Shown: positions 42,361-54,800 of the stretch, piece after piece
How the letters are laid out: every line of letters begins with the position of its first letter
How positions within the stretch are numbered: position 1 is the first letter of the stretch
Source: Balanoglossus misakiensis
Lineage: Eukaryota > Animalia > Hemichordata
Length of the DNA stretch: 64,000 bases
Assembly (NCBI GenBank): GCA_040954595.2
Contig: CM082591.2
Coordinates: 8,534,380 to 8,598,379, forward strand
Direction: 5' to 3'
Program-made: the position numbers and the translations under genes
Notes under the pieces: model-generated
What the model saw: only the letters and a program-made list of their open reading frames with translations
Told to the model about the DNA's origin: nothing
The model's database searches: none

Positions 42361-42752
42361 AACAACAACAACAACAATAACAATAACAAGATTACTAAGT
42401 TCCCTGTGGAAAAATTGCTACAATGTTGTACATAAATAAACTCGGTCTCCAACTCCCGTTGGCTTTCGAGCGAAGTTTTTTAACCTCAGATCTGTCGTAC
42501 ACACGCCACCAGACTCACTGGGTAACAAGGTTTTAAATAGTGTTAACAATACGCATGATCTTTTTGTGAATATGTAGAAAATCTCCAACCGAAAGCGTTG
42601 AAACGTCTGCAATTTTAGATATAGGCCACTTTGAAAAATGATGTCTTTAGCGCTAAATAATGAATCTGAAGAATCAGGAATGATTGTACAGAAAATCAGC
42701 CCGCGCTTATTAAATTGATAAATTGTTTATATAATTCTTTAAACCCTTTAAC

Positions 42753-42802
<50 letters not shown>

Positions 42803-45800
42803 TTTCTTTATTTCAGGATATAAAAAATCCCATAGACTTAACAGATATATAAAAAAGATAGGTGTAGGTTACAGTTAAGATTCTGGTAAAACTACAGCCA
42901 ACCAGCATCATAATTGATATACCCAGTAAGTCAATGTGTGTGGTTAAAGCAAATTGATGACATTATCTGACAAAATCTAATTTATATTTTAGCAATATCT
43001 CAATAAGGCACTGCTGTTGTTTTATCATAATGATCCAAACGGCTAGTGTTAGCCAATTAGTAAATGCCTAGAGGAGATATGTTTGTTAAATAATTATGGA
43101 CGTATGACAGCCTTATAATAAGGCCATTAAGATTATTTTACAATTTGTTGTAGAATCAATTGTCATCGGTAAAGGAATGCACACTTGATAGTTTGTTTGC
43201 GGTATTATATACCAGTAGCTCAAATTCTGGGGCTCAAAGTCCGGCTCAGAATAGCTTAGTTCAGCAATAAAAAAACTTCATTAATATAGACCCAAATATG
43301 CATCTGCTAATTTATCTTCATTCTGATCATCATGTGTATATGCACCAGTCAGATAATGTTATCAGTAAATATGCAAGTTATGCATAGGACCTGTCAAAAA
43401 GACTGATGTATTAAATTACAACCTGTAGTAAGCTCTACCAGCCTAAGCTGAAATAATCACTTGTCCATATGTGTTGAAATTAATTAATCTTTCTTCATAT
43501 ATCCAGAATGGGATGGGTGTACTCCACAAAGCTGCAGCTAATGGATTTTTGGAATCAGTATGTCTTGTGATAGAAGCTGGTGCGGATAAAAACAAAAAGG
43601 ATAGGGTAATTTCTCATCTTTCCTCTGTACCTATTTGCATTAGACAAGATTAAAAGTGTTGGACGTTTTTTTAAATCTTCTGTCATTTCTCACATTTACA
43701 ACATTCTGTGGGTAGTTTTCAGTTTTGGTGTCTGCATGCTTATTCTGAGTATTTACTCTCCTTTGAAACTGTAGATGATCATATTAAAGCTAAATTAAAG
43801 GTTGCATTTTGACCCATGCAATATATCAAAATTTGCGATAAAAGTACATTTTTGCCTAATTATTATTAGGCTGGTGATACTGCTCTCCATCATGCTGTGA
43901 AGAAAAAACACCATGGTGTTGTAAAAGTGTTATTGGACAAAGGTGTTGACTCCAATTTACGCAATAAGGTAAGTAGTTCTTTATATTCATCAGTGTACTG
44001 CATTACTTTTCGGTTGGATTCTCTTAATTTAAACTAATATCAGTGATTATTTGCAAAAATGATATTAGTTTTATTACAAAAGATTATTACCAATCAGCAT
44101 GTCATTGTAACATTCTATTTTACCTATCAAGGATGATCAGACGCCACTATTTTGTGCTCTTAAAATGCGGGACATCGAGTCTGTCAAGCAAATGCTAAGT
44201 GCAAGTGCCCGTCTGCACAAAGATGTGGTAAGATGAATTTAAATTATACTTTAATACACCACACAAGACGAATTTGGATGTGGCTAATTATGCAATGGAT
44301 TTTTAAATAAATTATGTAGCACGAACAATTTATGATTAAACCTATTATGTTGTAGCCCTGGTCATCTAATATTGGACAACTGTTCTGGGCTACCAAACTA
44401 TACGAGGAGGAAATGGTAGAAGACCTTTTGAAAGCTGGTCTGAAAATAGACGATTGTTTGCAGGTAAAGATATAAATTAAGTGTCAATCTCTAGGTTGTC
44501 AAACCCATGGAGTTGCAACAATCAGACTACTTCAGTGTTAAGATTCACTTGAAAATATTATTTGCTATACATTGATCAGCTGTCATACATGACAACAGTC
44601 ATGTCATTTTCAAAACTACTTACCAGTACATACCGGTAGAATGTATCATGTACTCTCCCATTGTTGATGCCAAACAAATAAATACATATCATGTTATTGT
44701 ATTTAGGACGGTCTTCCAGTACTTCATCACTATGCAAGCAAAGGTGACGTGAAGGCTGTAAAGTTACTGTTGAGGAAACGTGCAAATGTCAATATGCATT
44801 CACAGGTAAAATTACTTGTATTACAGACATAACTCTCTAATATAACCCAATCAGATGAGTCAAATTGACTAGTGTTTCAATTCAAATTCTCACCTATCAA
44901 ACAAGATCATGTAGCAAGCAAATTTGTATAATTAAAGAACTCAAACCTAAAAACTAAAGGTATAATTCAGTAGATGATATACCGGCATACCATTTAAATT
45001 TAACTTTCATTTATGATGATTTTCTGTCCTTAGTTGGTGAAATGCACCATTCCGAATTAAGGCTTATCTTTTTTTCAGGATATATATATACAAGTATTTT
45101 ACCAATACCAATAGCATTCCATAAAAAACCCAGACAAACAGACAAAAATCTTAAAAAACGGGCTGACATAAAATATTAAAAGTCTAAAAATACATCATTA
45201 GTCTATATGTGGCTTGGCAGCCAGAGTAAACAAATGCTCAGTTGAGCAATACAAACAATGTAATTAACATATTTACGCATGTGTTTGCCTTTGTATGATT
45301 ATTGAATGTACTCAGATCATATGAATAGGAATGCACTCATGCTCATCTTAGCTATCCTTTTTTGGTGATTTGGTTTTTGCGTAAAGGTTTTGTGCATGGA
45401 CTTGCTTGCTTTTCGTTTTGATGCAGTCTAGGTTTCGGTACAAAAAACTGTTAAAAAAACAAGTAAATTTCTGTAAGATATACATTTAAACTTGTGTATG
45501 ACAATGTTTCTACACGAGGACTTTCCCCATTAGTGGTAACCATGTACCGGTATATATTATTAGGTCCCATTGGTATGTACTATGGGACCTTATGGGATCG
45601 GTTTCGTCTGTATGTATGTATGTATGGATGGATGTTTGCCGTCCACATCAAAAACTTGAAAACCCCTACGCGTATAACCTCGATGTTTGGTGTGTAGATG
45701 AAGGCAGGCTGTAGATGGGAGTTTGTTCAAATGAAGTTGTCATTACCAAAAATATGCAAATTAGCTGAGAAAATGTGAAATTGGTCAAAACTCAAAAACT

Positions 45801-48800
45801 CAACAACCACTGGTCATATTGATTTGAAAATTGGTATGCATGTACCTAATGTCAACTGCATACCGTCCTGTATGTTTTGAGATAATATTATTGATTTCCT
45901 TCTTTTTATGCATTTTTTTGTATTTTTCCATGTTATTGGTAAAAAGTCTTCATTTCTGAAAGTGATAGGCTTACTGCTTTGAAATTTAGTATGAAGCTTC
46001 CTAATGGTTGTCTGAGTAACCATAGTTCTGTCAAATTGTTGCAAAATTTGCATATTTATATTTTTGGTCAAATTTTTTTTTCTTTAAGACCGCATGCCAG
46101 ATTGCTTTGCAATTTGGTAGGCATGTTCGTAGGAGTAACCTAAGTAATATGTTGTAAAAAATGTGAAATTTGCATAAATGTGTTATCGGGGAAACTTTTG
46201 CAATTTTTTGTCAAAATTGTTTTCTCTGAAATCGCTTGCCATATTGCATTGACTTTGGCAGCATGTTCATTGTAGTGATTGAAGTAAGATATTGTACAAT
46301 TTTGGTGATATTTGCATATTTGTGTTTTTGCCACTTTTGAACAAATATTTTCTGTAAAACTGCTTGTTGGATTGCTTTGAAACTTGTTTTTTCTCTGATT
46401 GCTTTAAAATTTAGGATATAATTTTATACCACATACATATATATGTGCAACTTTTATTCAATTCTGATATTGAGCTCGAGTGTTCTTTGTTTTTGGTTAG
46501 CAAATCCTCTCCTAAACCAATTGTCTGGTTGTTTTTAAAGTTACTATTTACAAGGAGTTGTTATCCCGAACTAAGACATGTTTACATAACTTAAATTGGC
46601 CATCTGTTACAGAGACCACCGGCTATTAAATTTTTAATTACCAGTGGCAGGTCAGTGAGCGTCTTTGTCTGTGTGTCTGTTCCAGGGCTGACTGAAAGAA
46701 GTTGCTTCTTATATGTGTTGGTACAGACAATTTTTGGTCAATTTTTTTTCTAGCAATACTTGTAAGAATGCCATGACACGTGACAGTTTATTGGGCATGT
46801 TCCTTGTTAATTTTTTTACATTCCATATTTCTATATGGTAAGATCAAATCTGCTTGCAATGTCACCTGTAATTTTATTCTGGTGTGTCACTGTTTCCGCA
46901 TAATCCTCAAATGGGACCATAGTGTCCTTGACGCTTTTTTTTAGTTGGGCTATCCTCAGTAACAGTGTTTCAGTTGCTGTGAGTACACTATGGGATTCCA
47001 TACACAGAATCCGAATGTTTGCAGTAGGTTATAATAGACTAGTCTATAGTAAACCTGTATATTTGCAACTGCTTGATAAAGATGAAAAGCTTGAGATGTT
47101 CATGTACATAAAGTCTTGTTCACCTAATTATTTGTTATTAACAGACATGATTTGGTCTTTTTGAGCTCGGTTTTACTAACAATTTTGTCTGAAAGTAGTT
47201 AACACTTGCATATTATAAGGGAGTTCATCTAAAAACAGTAATGTTTTGCGGATGAACCTTGTGAAGAAAATAAGTCTACTCTAAACATGCATTTCCTTCT
47301 TGACACTGTTGAGGTCACTGTTGCAGGGGAGATGCATGATGTGTTATTTGCTCATATGTCTCTCTCTCGCTGCACCTTTTCCATTAATTATGTTTGATAA
47401 AAGACACCGTTTATGATATTCTACATGTGGATATATAGTGAATCAACATTCAACCACACACACCTTCCAATCCCACTTGTAGACACGAGATAGACTTGCT
47501 CCAAGTCTATGGGCTGTGTAGGGAACGCGTCGGCTTGGTCGACGCTACTCGAAACCACAAGCTCAGTCCCAAACTCGAAACTCACCTCACTACAAAAAAC
47601 ACGCTCAAGGCAAGCAAGCACGCAAAAAGTATTGCAATTATTTATTGAGACAAAAAACCAACGAAAACACAAAAAGTATTGAGATTTAAAAATCACCAAG
47701 CGACTAGTGGGCTAGTCTAGACACGAGAGTGAAAAACTTGCCAAAATGAATAATCGGTCGTTACCATTTATTCATTTTGGTGAGTTTTTTACTCTCATGT
47801 CCTACAAACAGGATGGAAGTTGTGTGTGGTCGAACGTTGATTCACTATATATACACATGTACATAAACATAAACAGTGTCTTTTATCAACCATAATTAAT
47901 GGAAAAAGATCAGCGGGAGAGATTTTGTCCTTTTAAATTTTCCTCAAAGCTGTTTGCTTTGGTAATTATGCCTTTTGATTGATTGTGAAAGTGGTTGCAA
48001 CATCATGTCCAGTTTCCCATCAGTGATATTTGGATGCAGACTAGGGAACCAATGTACAATTACACACAGAAAGCCAAAATACAAACCAGCATATATATAC
48101 AGCCCGACTCGTACTGCAGACTCATTGGTTGATCATCACTCCCTTATTACCATACTTGCCCGCACTCTAAACACACATCAAATCCTTAAGCAGAAGCCAT
48201 TGTGATATTCAGTTTGTAAATAAGCATTCTTAATATCAATAATTATTCTTTCAGAAAGGATATACTGCTTTACATTATGCGGCAGCAGGGAGCCATGTTG
48301 ACGTAGCCAAGATCTTACTTGACAAAAACACAAAACATCTACATCGTAAAAACATGGTAAAAATTTGTTGTGATCTTCCCATTCGCATTTATTATTTATT
48401 ACCAGTGGTTTTCCATGGTCATGGTATGGTTTAAATAATGTGATCTGAATAAACATGGGGCGTGTGTTTGAAATGTATATTTTCAACCAACAGACAACCA
48501 TGTTACACTGGGCCATTGAAAACTCTGAAGATACTGTGGCAAAAACTCTTGTCAAGGCTGGACAGGATATTAATGGAGTTGTCCCGGGTTTGGATAAGGT
48601 ATGTGTATTGTTGAGGATAATAATTACCCAAAAGGATGTGATTAATATTATGTATTGTGTTATCTTGGTTGCTTGTAGGTTTACTTATGTATTTCATGGA
48701 ATGTGTCTAATTATTTTCAAATGTTTGTATTTGAATGCAGCAAGCTGGATCTCTCTTTCTTGAACTCTCTTTTTCGTAGCACTCTCTCACGCTATATTAG

Positions 48801-51800
48801 CTCTCTTTTTTTTCATCTCACCCATGAGTTTCATTTTTTGGTTGAACAATCTTCTCTAAAAGGGCTTGTTAGATTAAAATTTAGGATGCAGGTCCCTCCG
48901 TGTACATGGCCTTAGTAATGTTTGTGCAAAATTTGATGAAATTTGAATAGAGGATTTTTGGGAGATATTTCTTAGTATAAAAATTCTTCAAAACCATCTT
49001 CAAAAGTGCATGCATGTGTCCAGTAGTTTGGTCTGAAGCTACCTGTTAAGTAATGTTTGTGCAAAATTTGATGAAATTTGAATAGAGGATTTCTGGGAGA
49101 TATTTCTTAGTAAAAAAGTCTTCAAAACCATCTTCAAAAGTGCATGTGTCCAGTAGTTTGGTATGAAGTTTCCTGTTAAAATAGTGACAAATTTGCCCTG
49201 TGTGTTTACGGCATTGCAGATTTGCTGACAAGTTTTTCTGAGTCTAGAGATATGTGCATCTTTTCATTCTCAAACAGTTGTCTGTTTTTATAATTTTATG
49301 TATCAAAGCAGGGCTGTACTAGCTGCTATGCCATTTGTTCAGCTTTTGAAATGAATTTGATCATAGAAAAAAAAACATGATCACTGTGTTTTGGGCATTC
49401 TTGTATGAAAACGATGGGTGCAATATCCATTTTAATAACATCTGGGAGTTTGTCTCATGCATGGAATTTGACAACTGAAGGGAGTTGTATTTTTGCGACT
49501 CCCATATACATTGTGTGAGACACGCATCTAGTAGAATTTTACACTGCTCGAGTTGACAGATACATTATGGGCGCACATTACTTTGCCTACATAATACTCC
49601 AAGAATCATGATCAGGTAACTTGCAAAAGACCTTAGACCAAGCTATGCTATAGCATGGTTCAAAATGAGCAGCTAGGATATAAAATTACCCACTATGCCT
49701 TGTGGCGTGACCTTAAACTCTGTAGCATGATTTAGGTAACCACACTTCTAATTTTGGATAGTGTCAATTTTTGGGATACTAATTGTCAGTGTTGGTATAT
49801 TTTGTTTTGGTCTCCTTGTTATACATGTACATGTATTATTAATAATGTAAGTCACTCCAGGGGCCAATTCACAAAATTATACTTTGGTTTACCAATGGTG
49901 CCGATGTTGTGTTTCAAGCATGCCATTTTTTTTATTTCATTAGGACTTACCTATTGATTCAACAGTTCTCCATCTCATGGCCCGAAAGAAGGATTGTAAA
50001 TACGTGGAACTATGCCTATCACTTCAGGCAAACGTCAATGCCTTAGACAAGGTAACTGTACCTTTCTATCTACCCACTTGAATAAACATGTGCGAAAGTA
50101 CTGGTATATGTATTTTGTACACAAGTACATAGCAGCCTTTCCAATACTAATTTTCAAAAAGTACTTTCAGGCTATAACATATAACCCTTTATTTTCATAA
50201 ATAATACAAGTATGTTTACAACAATGCTGCTTTGTCTACAGAACGAGTGTACTCCTTTGCACTATGCTGTTCAAAGCAAGAATGGGAGGATAGTGGAAGT
50301 TCTTCTCAATGCAAAAGCAAACTTTATCGGTGAGGGGGTAAGTATTAGTGGTGGAGATATATTTAAAATCACATTTAATACCGTGATAAGATTTGGAAAA
50401 AAAAATCATTGAAGAATGAGAGATTGTTACATGCCTATAAAATCCATATTCTGTTTTTACTTATCATAGGATAGACAGTTTCCTGTGGAATGTAGACCCA
50501 TGTATGTTGCAGCTGCAAAGTATCCGCACTCAGATTTTGTTAAAACCTTAACAGATATGGGTGTTGATGTAAATGATACAAATAAGGTAAGTCATAAAAT
50601 AATATTCATAAAACACAGTGTTTCACATATCATATAAGTAGCATATGAATTCACACTCGAAGTGACCCATAACATTTTGAAATATTTTAACTTAGGAAAC
50701 TTCTGCATAGTTTGATGTTAAGCAATTAATAAAAACAATATATTAGCTATATTGATTGATATCTTTGCAAATTAATAACAACGGTGCCACTAACAGCAAT
50801 CTGTTGTTCTCTATAAATTACCTTGGATTTTATATACTGCTTAAATGTTATCTGTCAGAAATTGCATTCAGTTTGTTCATATTGCGTAATGTTAAAACAG
50901 CTAATATTGTTTTGTAATTTGATTATATTTCATATTTATAAACCTGAGCTTTGCCAAAACCAAAAATACTCATTGTTAACAAGTGTTATATCACAGATCG
51001 CAACTTCCATTCATGTTGACAGGCTGGTATGAGTGTACTTCACGAAGTTGCAGCCAATAATTTTCCCAAGGCAGTAGATGTTCTGTTACAAGCTGGGTCA
51101 AATAAAAACAAAACAGACACGGTATGTTACATCAATGTTAAAAGGGAAATCCGGTCCAGCTGATTTCTACATAATTTGGTAGCTTTGAAGTCACTCTTTC
51201 AGAAAAAACATTAGGAGCAAAGTCGAAAATTTGTCATCTATTGACAGTTTTCATGAGCTATAACCAATGAAAAATATGCAAATACGCTTAGCCTGTCACG
51301 CAGTTACACCAATCGGAAAATGGTATCACCCACACCAAGGTGGGCGGAAGTTGGTCCTGGCGCTTTTTTTCCCATGATTCAAATTACAGTAAACGCCATA
51401 TTGGAAATTCTGCCAACTTTCCTCATTAATCTTTTTCATTAACTTTCCCTTGATTTTGTAAAAAATCGCGCGACTTATACATGGCGAATATGTTTTTTTC
51501 TAAGAGAGTAACCTCAAAGCTACCAAATTATGTAGAAATCAGCTGGACCGGATGTCCCCTTTAAGTCAAAACCTCAATTTACAGATAGTTACCATAATGT
51601 GTCATTTTTAGGATTGGGAATGTTTTATTTTATTTTCATTTATTTTAAATTTAATTTATAATTTGAATTAAGTCTCACCATATTTTGATATTCTTGCAAA
51701 GTGAAAGATTACATTCAACTTAATCTTTTACTAACAATAGTTTGTGGTCATTGTTTATTCACTGACCTGTGCATTGACTGTGTGTTTAGATAATAAATAA

Positions 51801-54800
51801 ATATTCTACACTGTGGCTATGCATGAATATTTAATTATTGTATACATTCAATTTTTCCTAGGCTGGTAATACAGCTCTGCATCATGCCATAAAGAATAAA
51901 CACAGTCAGGTTGTAAAGGCATTAATAGCCAACAAAGTTGACCTCAATATAGACAATAAGGTGGGTGGTACTACCTATTTACCTGTCTTTCTTTTCTAAA
52001 GGGTTTGTTATTTATACTTGCTTTAGTGACAATTTTGAGAATTAAAAGACTTCAAGGTGACAATGAGACTATGAAAGCTGGGTTATTCTCAGATATATTT
52101 TTAGAAAGTTCAAATAAAGTATAAATGAACATTTCTTTGTACTTTTTAAAGGATGGCCATACACCACTCTATTGTGCTCTCAACCTTCGGGACATTGAGT
52201 CTACTCGACAACTGCTCGATGCAAATGCTTGTCTGCATAAAAATGTGGTAAGATATTTTTGCTCTGTTTTAAGCGAAGCAGAGATTATAAGATATGCTGA
52301 TTGTCAATGAGTGTTCCTCACATATCCTGCATTCCTTGTCCATCAACAATCAATTTCTCCTCTTCAGTGCTGGTTTATGGTTTGGTCTTAGATTCCCGAG
52401 GGTTACCAGTACTTTGATCAGATCTGTTGATTGTGATTACATTTTGACACTAGTATTTAGGCAAAAGCAATGCTCTTTTTGGTGGAAAAAGCTCTCAGAA
52501 TCTGCTGGTCTGATTGCTATATGAAGTTTCTGTCACTCCCATTAAACTATGGTAAATTATACATATGAAGCAAAAATCTTAAAAGGTAGACTAATGCTTC
52601 TAGGAATACCATTAGGCCAATGTGAATGCTCTTTTTGATGGAAAAATCTCTTAAAAACTGCTGGATCAATTGCTTTGAATTTTATGTTCTAGGTGTCACT
52701 CGCATTAGGTAGGTCAAATAATGCATATATGTGGCAAATATCTAAAACAGCAGTCTGATTGCTGTTGAGCTTTTGGGGATACCATAGGTCAGCTGCGTTT
52801 AAATTGTAATGAAAATTGGATATAATTTTTACAGGTTAGATTTTGCTTTTAGTGGTAACAATCATCCAGAGCCACTTAACTCATTGTTTTTAGATAATAA
52901 TTACCATGCATATTTCTTCAAATTGTGAAGATGTTTCACATTAGATATTTTTGAGGATATACATTTGCCTATACACAGGAATAAAAAATTAGCAATGACA
53001 GTTGTTCTAAATGTGATCTTATAATTCACAATTTAGGTATATTCATATTGCTTTGGTAGTGTTCTTGGGGGGGGGGGGGTCAGTACCGGTCATTTAGAAG
53101 ATCATAATAAAATATGATGCCTTTCCGCTGATTATCCTTATTTGGCCAGATTATCACCTGAGATGTGAATGCCTCAGTGAACATTCTCACCATCCTACAA
53201 AGAACATCTATGAACATGCATCCAGCACTTGTTTTATGAAAAAGTGGTGCAGGCAATATAGAAATATGTTCGAGGTGCGCATCAAGTTTGTGTCACAGAT
53301 GTCCTTTGGGATAATTTCAATACAAATGGCCCATGCAAGGTTCACTTTTAGAAGATTAAACAAACATCACTGCTAACAGTGATGGCAGTGTATTACAAGC
53401 TTTCCGATGAAATAGTATGTTGTATTTAGAAGACTGTCAACGGGAAGAATTTTCTATTTATGATAATATGCACATATTGTTCATTCAACGGGGCAATGCC
53501 ACTTAATAAATAATGCAAACAGCACCAGACGAATAGGTTTCATATTTTGCTAAAGATTTTAAATTTAAAAAATATTCATTTTATATTAAATTTACTGTTG
53601 TAGCCCAGTTCCTCAAAAATTGAGCAACTATTTTGGGCTGTGAAAAAATATGATGAAGAAATGGTAGAAGACCTTGTGAAAGCTGGGGTTGAAATAGATG
53701 ACCATTTGGAGGTAAAGAGATATATTTAAATTTCAAAACATTTTGAGTGTCAATAGTATTTGAGTGGACACATTTTTGATATAGCGGTAATATTTTATAT
53801 TATTCTTCTTACACACTATGAAGGGAAAAATGTTGCAATGGTGTGGACATTGATTTTACATGTGATCTTCGGATATTTTTATATTTATTTGAACTCTAAC
53901 ATGTACTCTAACATATTAATTCTTCCTTTTTTTCAGGATGGCCTTTCAGCACTTCATGATTGTGCACGAAATGGTGATGCACGGGCTGTTACCATACTTC
54001 TGAAGAAAGGTGCCAATGTCACAAAAGATTCAAAGGTAACTAGTCATAGTGCCTCTTATAATTACCACAAGGAAATAAATTAGACATAAAACAGAGTTTC
54101 TATTTTTGATGTCTTGGCGCCAAAGGAGTAAAGCAACAAGAGCTATTGACAATCTATAACATGTGATTCACTCTCTTGAAAGCAGTGCACATTCACTGCA
54201 AAAACAATATGTCAAACTATAATAATAATTATATTAGTGAGTTCTTAAATAGTGCACATATCCACAATCGTGCTCGAGATGCTTTACAATTAATACCTCT
54301 GGTCATTGGACCTAATTTAATTCCATTCAACTCCCTGGGGAGCAAGACTATCAGCTGACATATGAGCTTAACAGATACATTTGCCATCTCTGTCCTACCA
54401 GGTACCCATTACTCCTGGGTGAGAAGAAGTGATAGAACTAAAGTGCATGTTCTAGGACACATAACACCACAGTCATGCTGGTGCTCGATCATGAATTCAG
54501 CTGACAATCATGAGTCCCATGCTCTAGCCATCATGAGTCTGAGCTATCAATGAAAATTAACAGGGTCATTTGTGGATGTTATATTTATACTTTCAGGAAG
54601 GATTTACTTCCTTGTATTATGCGGCAGCAGGGAGCCATGTTGAGGTAGCCAAGATCTTACTAGACTATAAATCGGAACAACTACATCGCGAAAATATGGT
54701 AAAAATTGTTGCAATCTTCCCATTACCATTTATTCTTATTAGTAGTTTTCCATGGTATGGTTTAAGTAACATGATTTGACTGAACAGGGTTCATATGTTT

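Noticed and set aside
42137-42452. Poly-Thr and poly-Leu ORFs
   Set aside because: Translations of the (CAA)n microsatellite in the foldback arm.
37943-43506. Foldback element as the cause of the unit duplications, since it lies in the D3-E3 boundary intron
   Set aside because: Its arms are about 99% identical while duplicated exons are about 75-85% identical, so it is much younger than the duplications.
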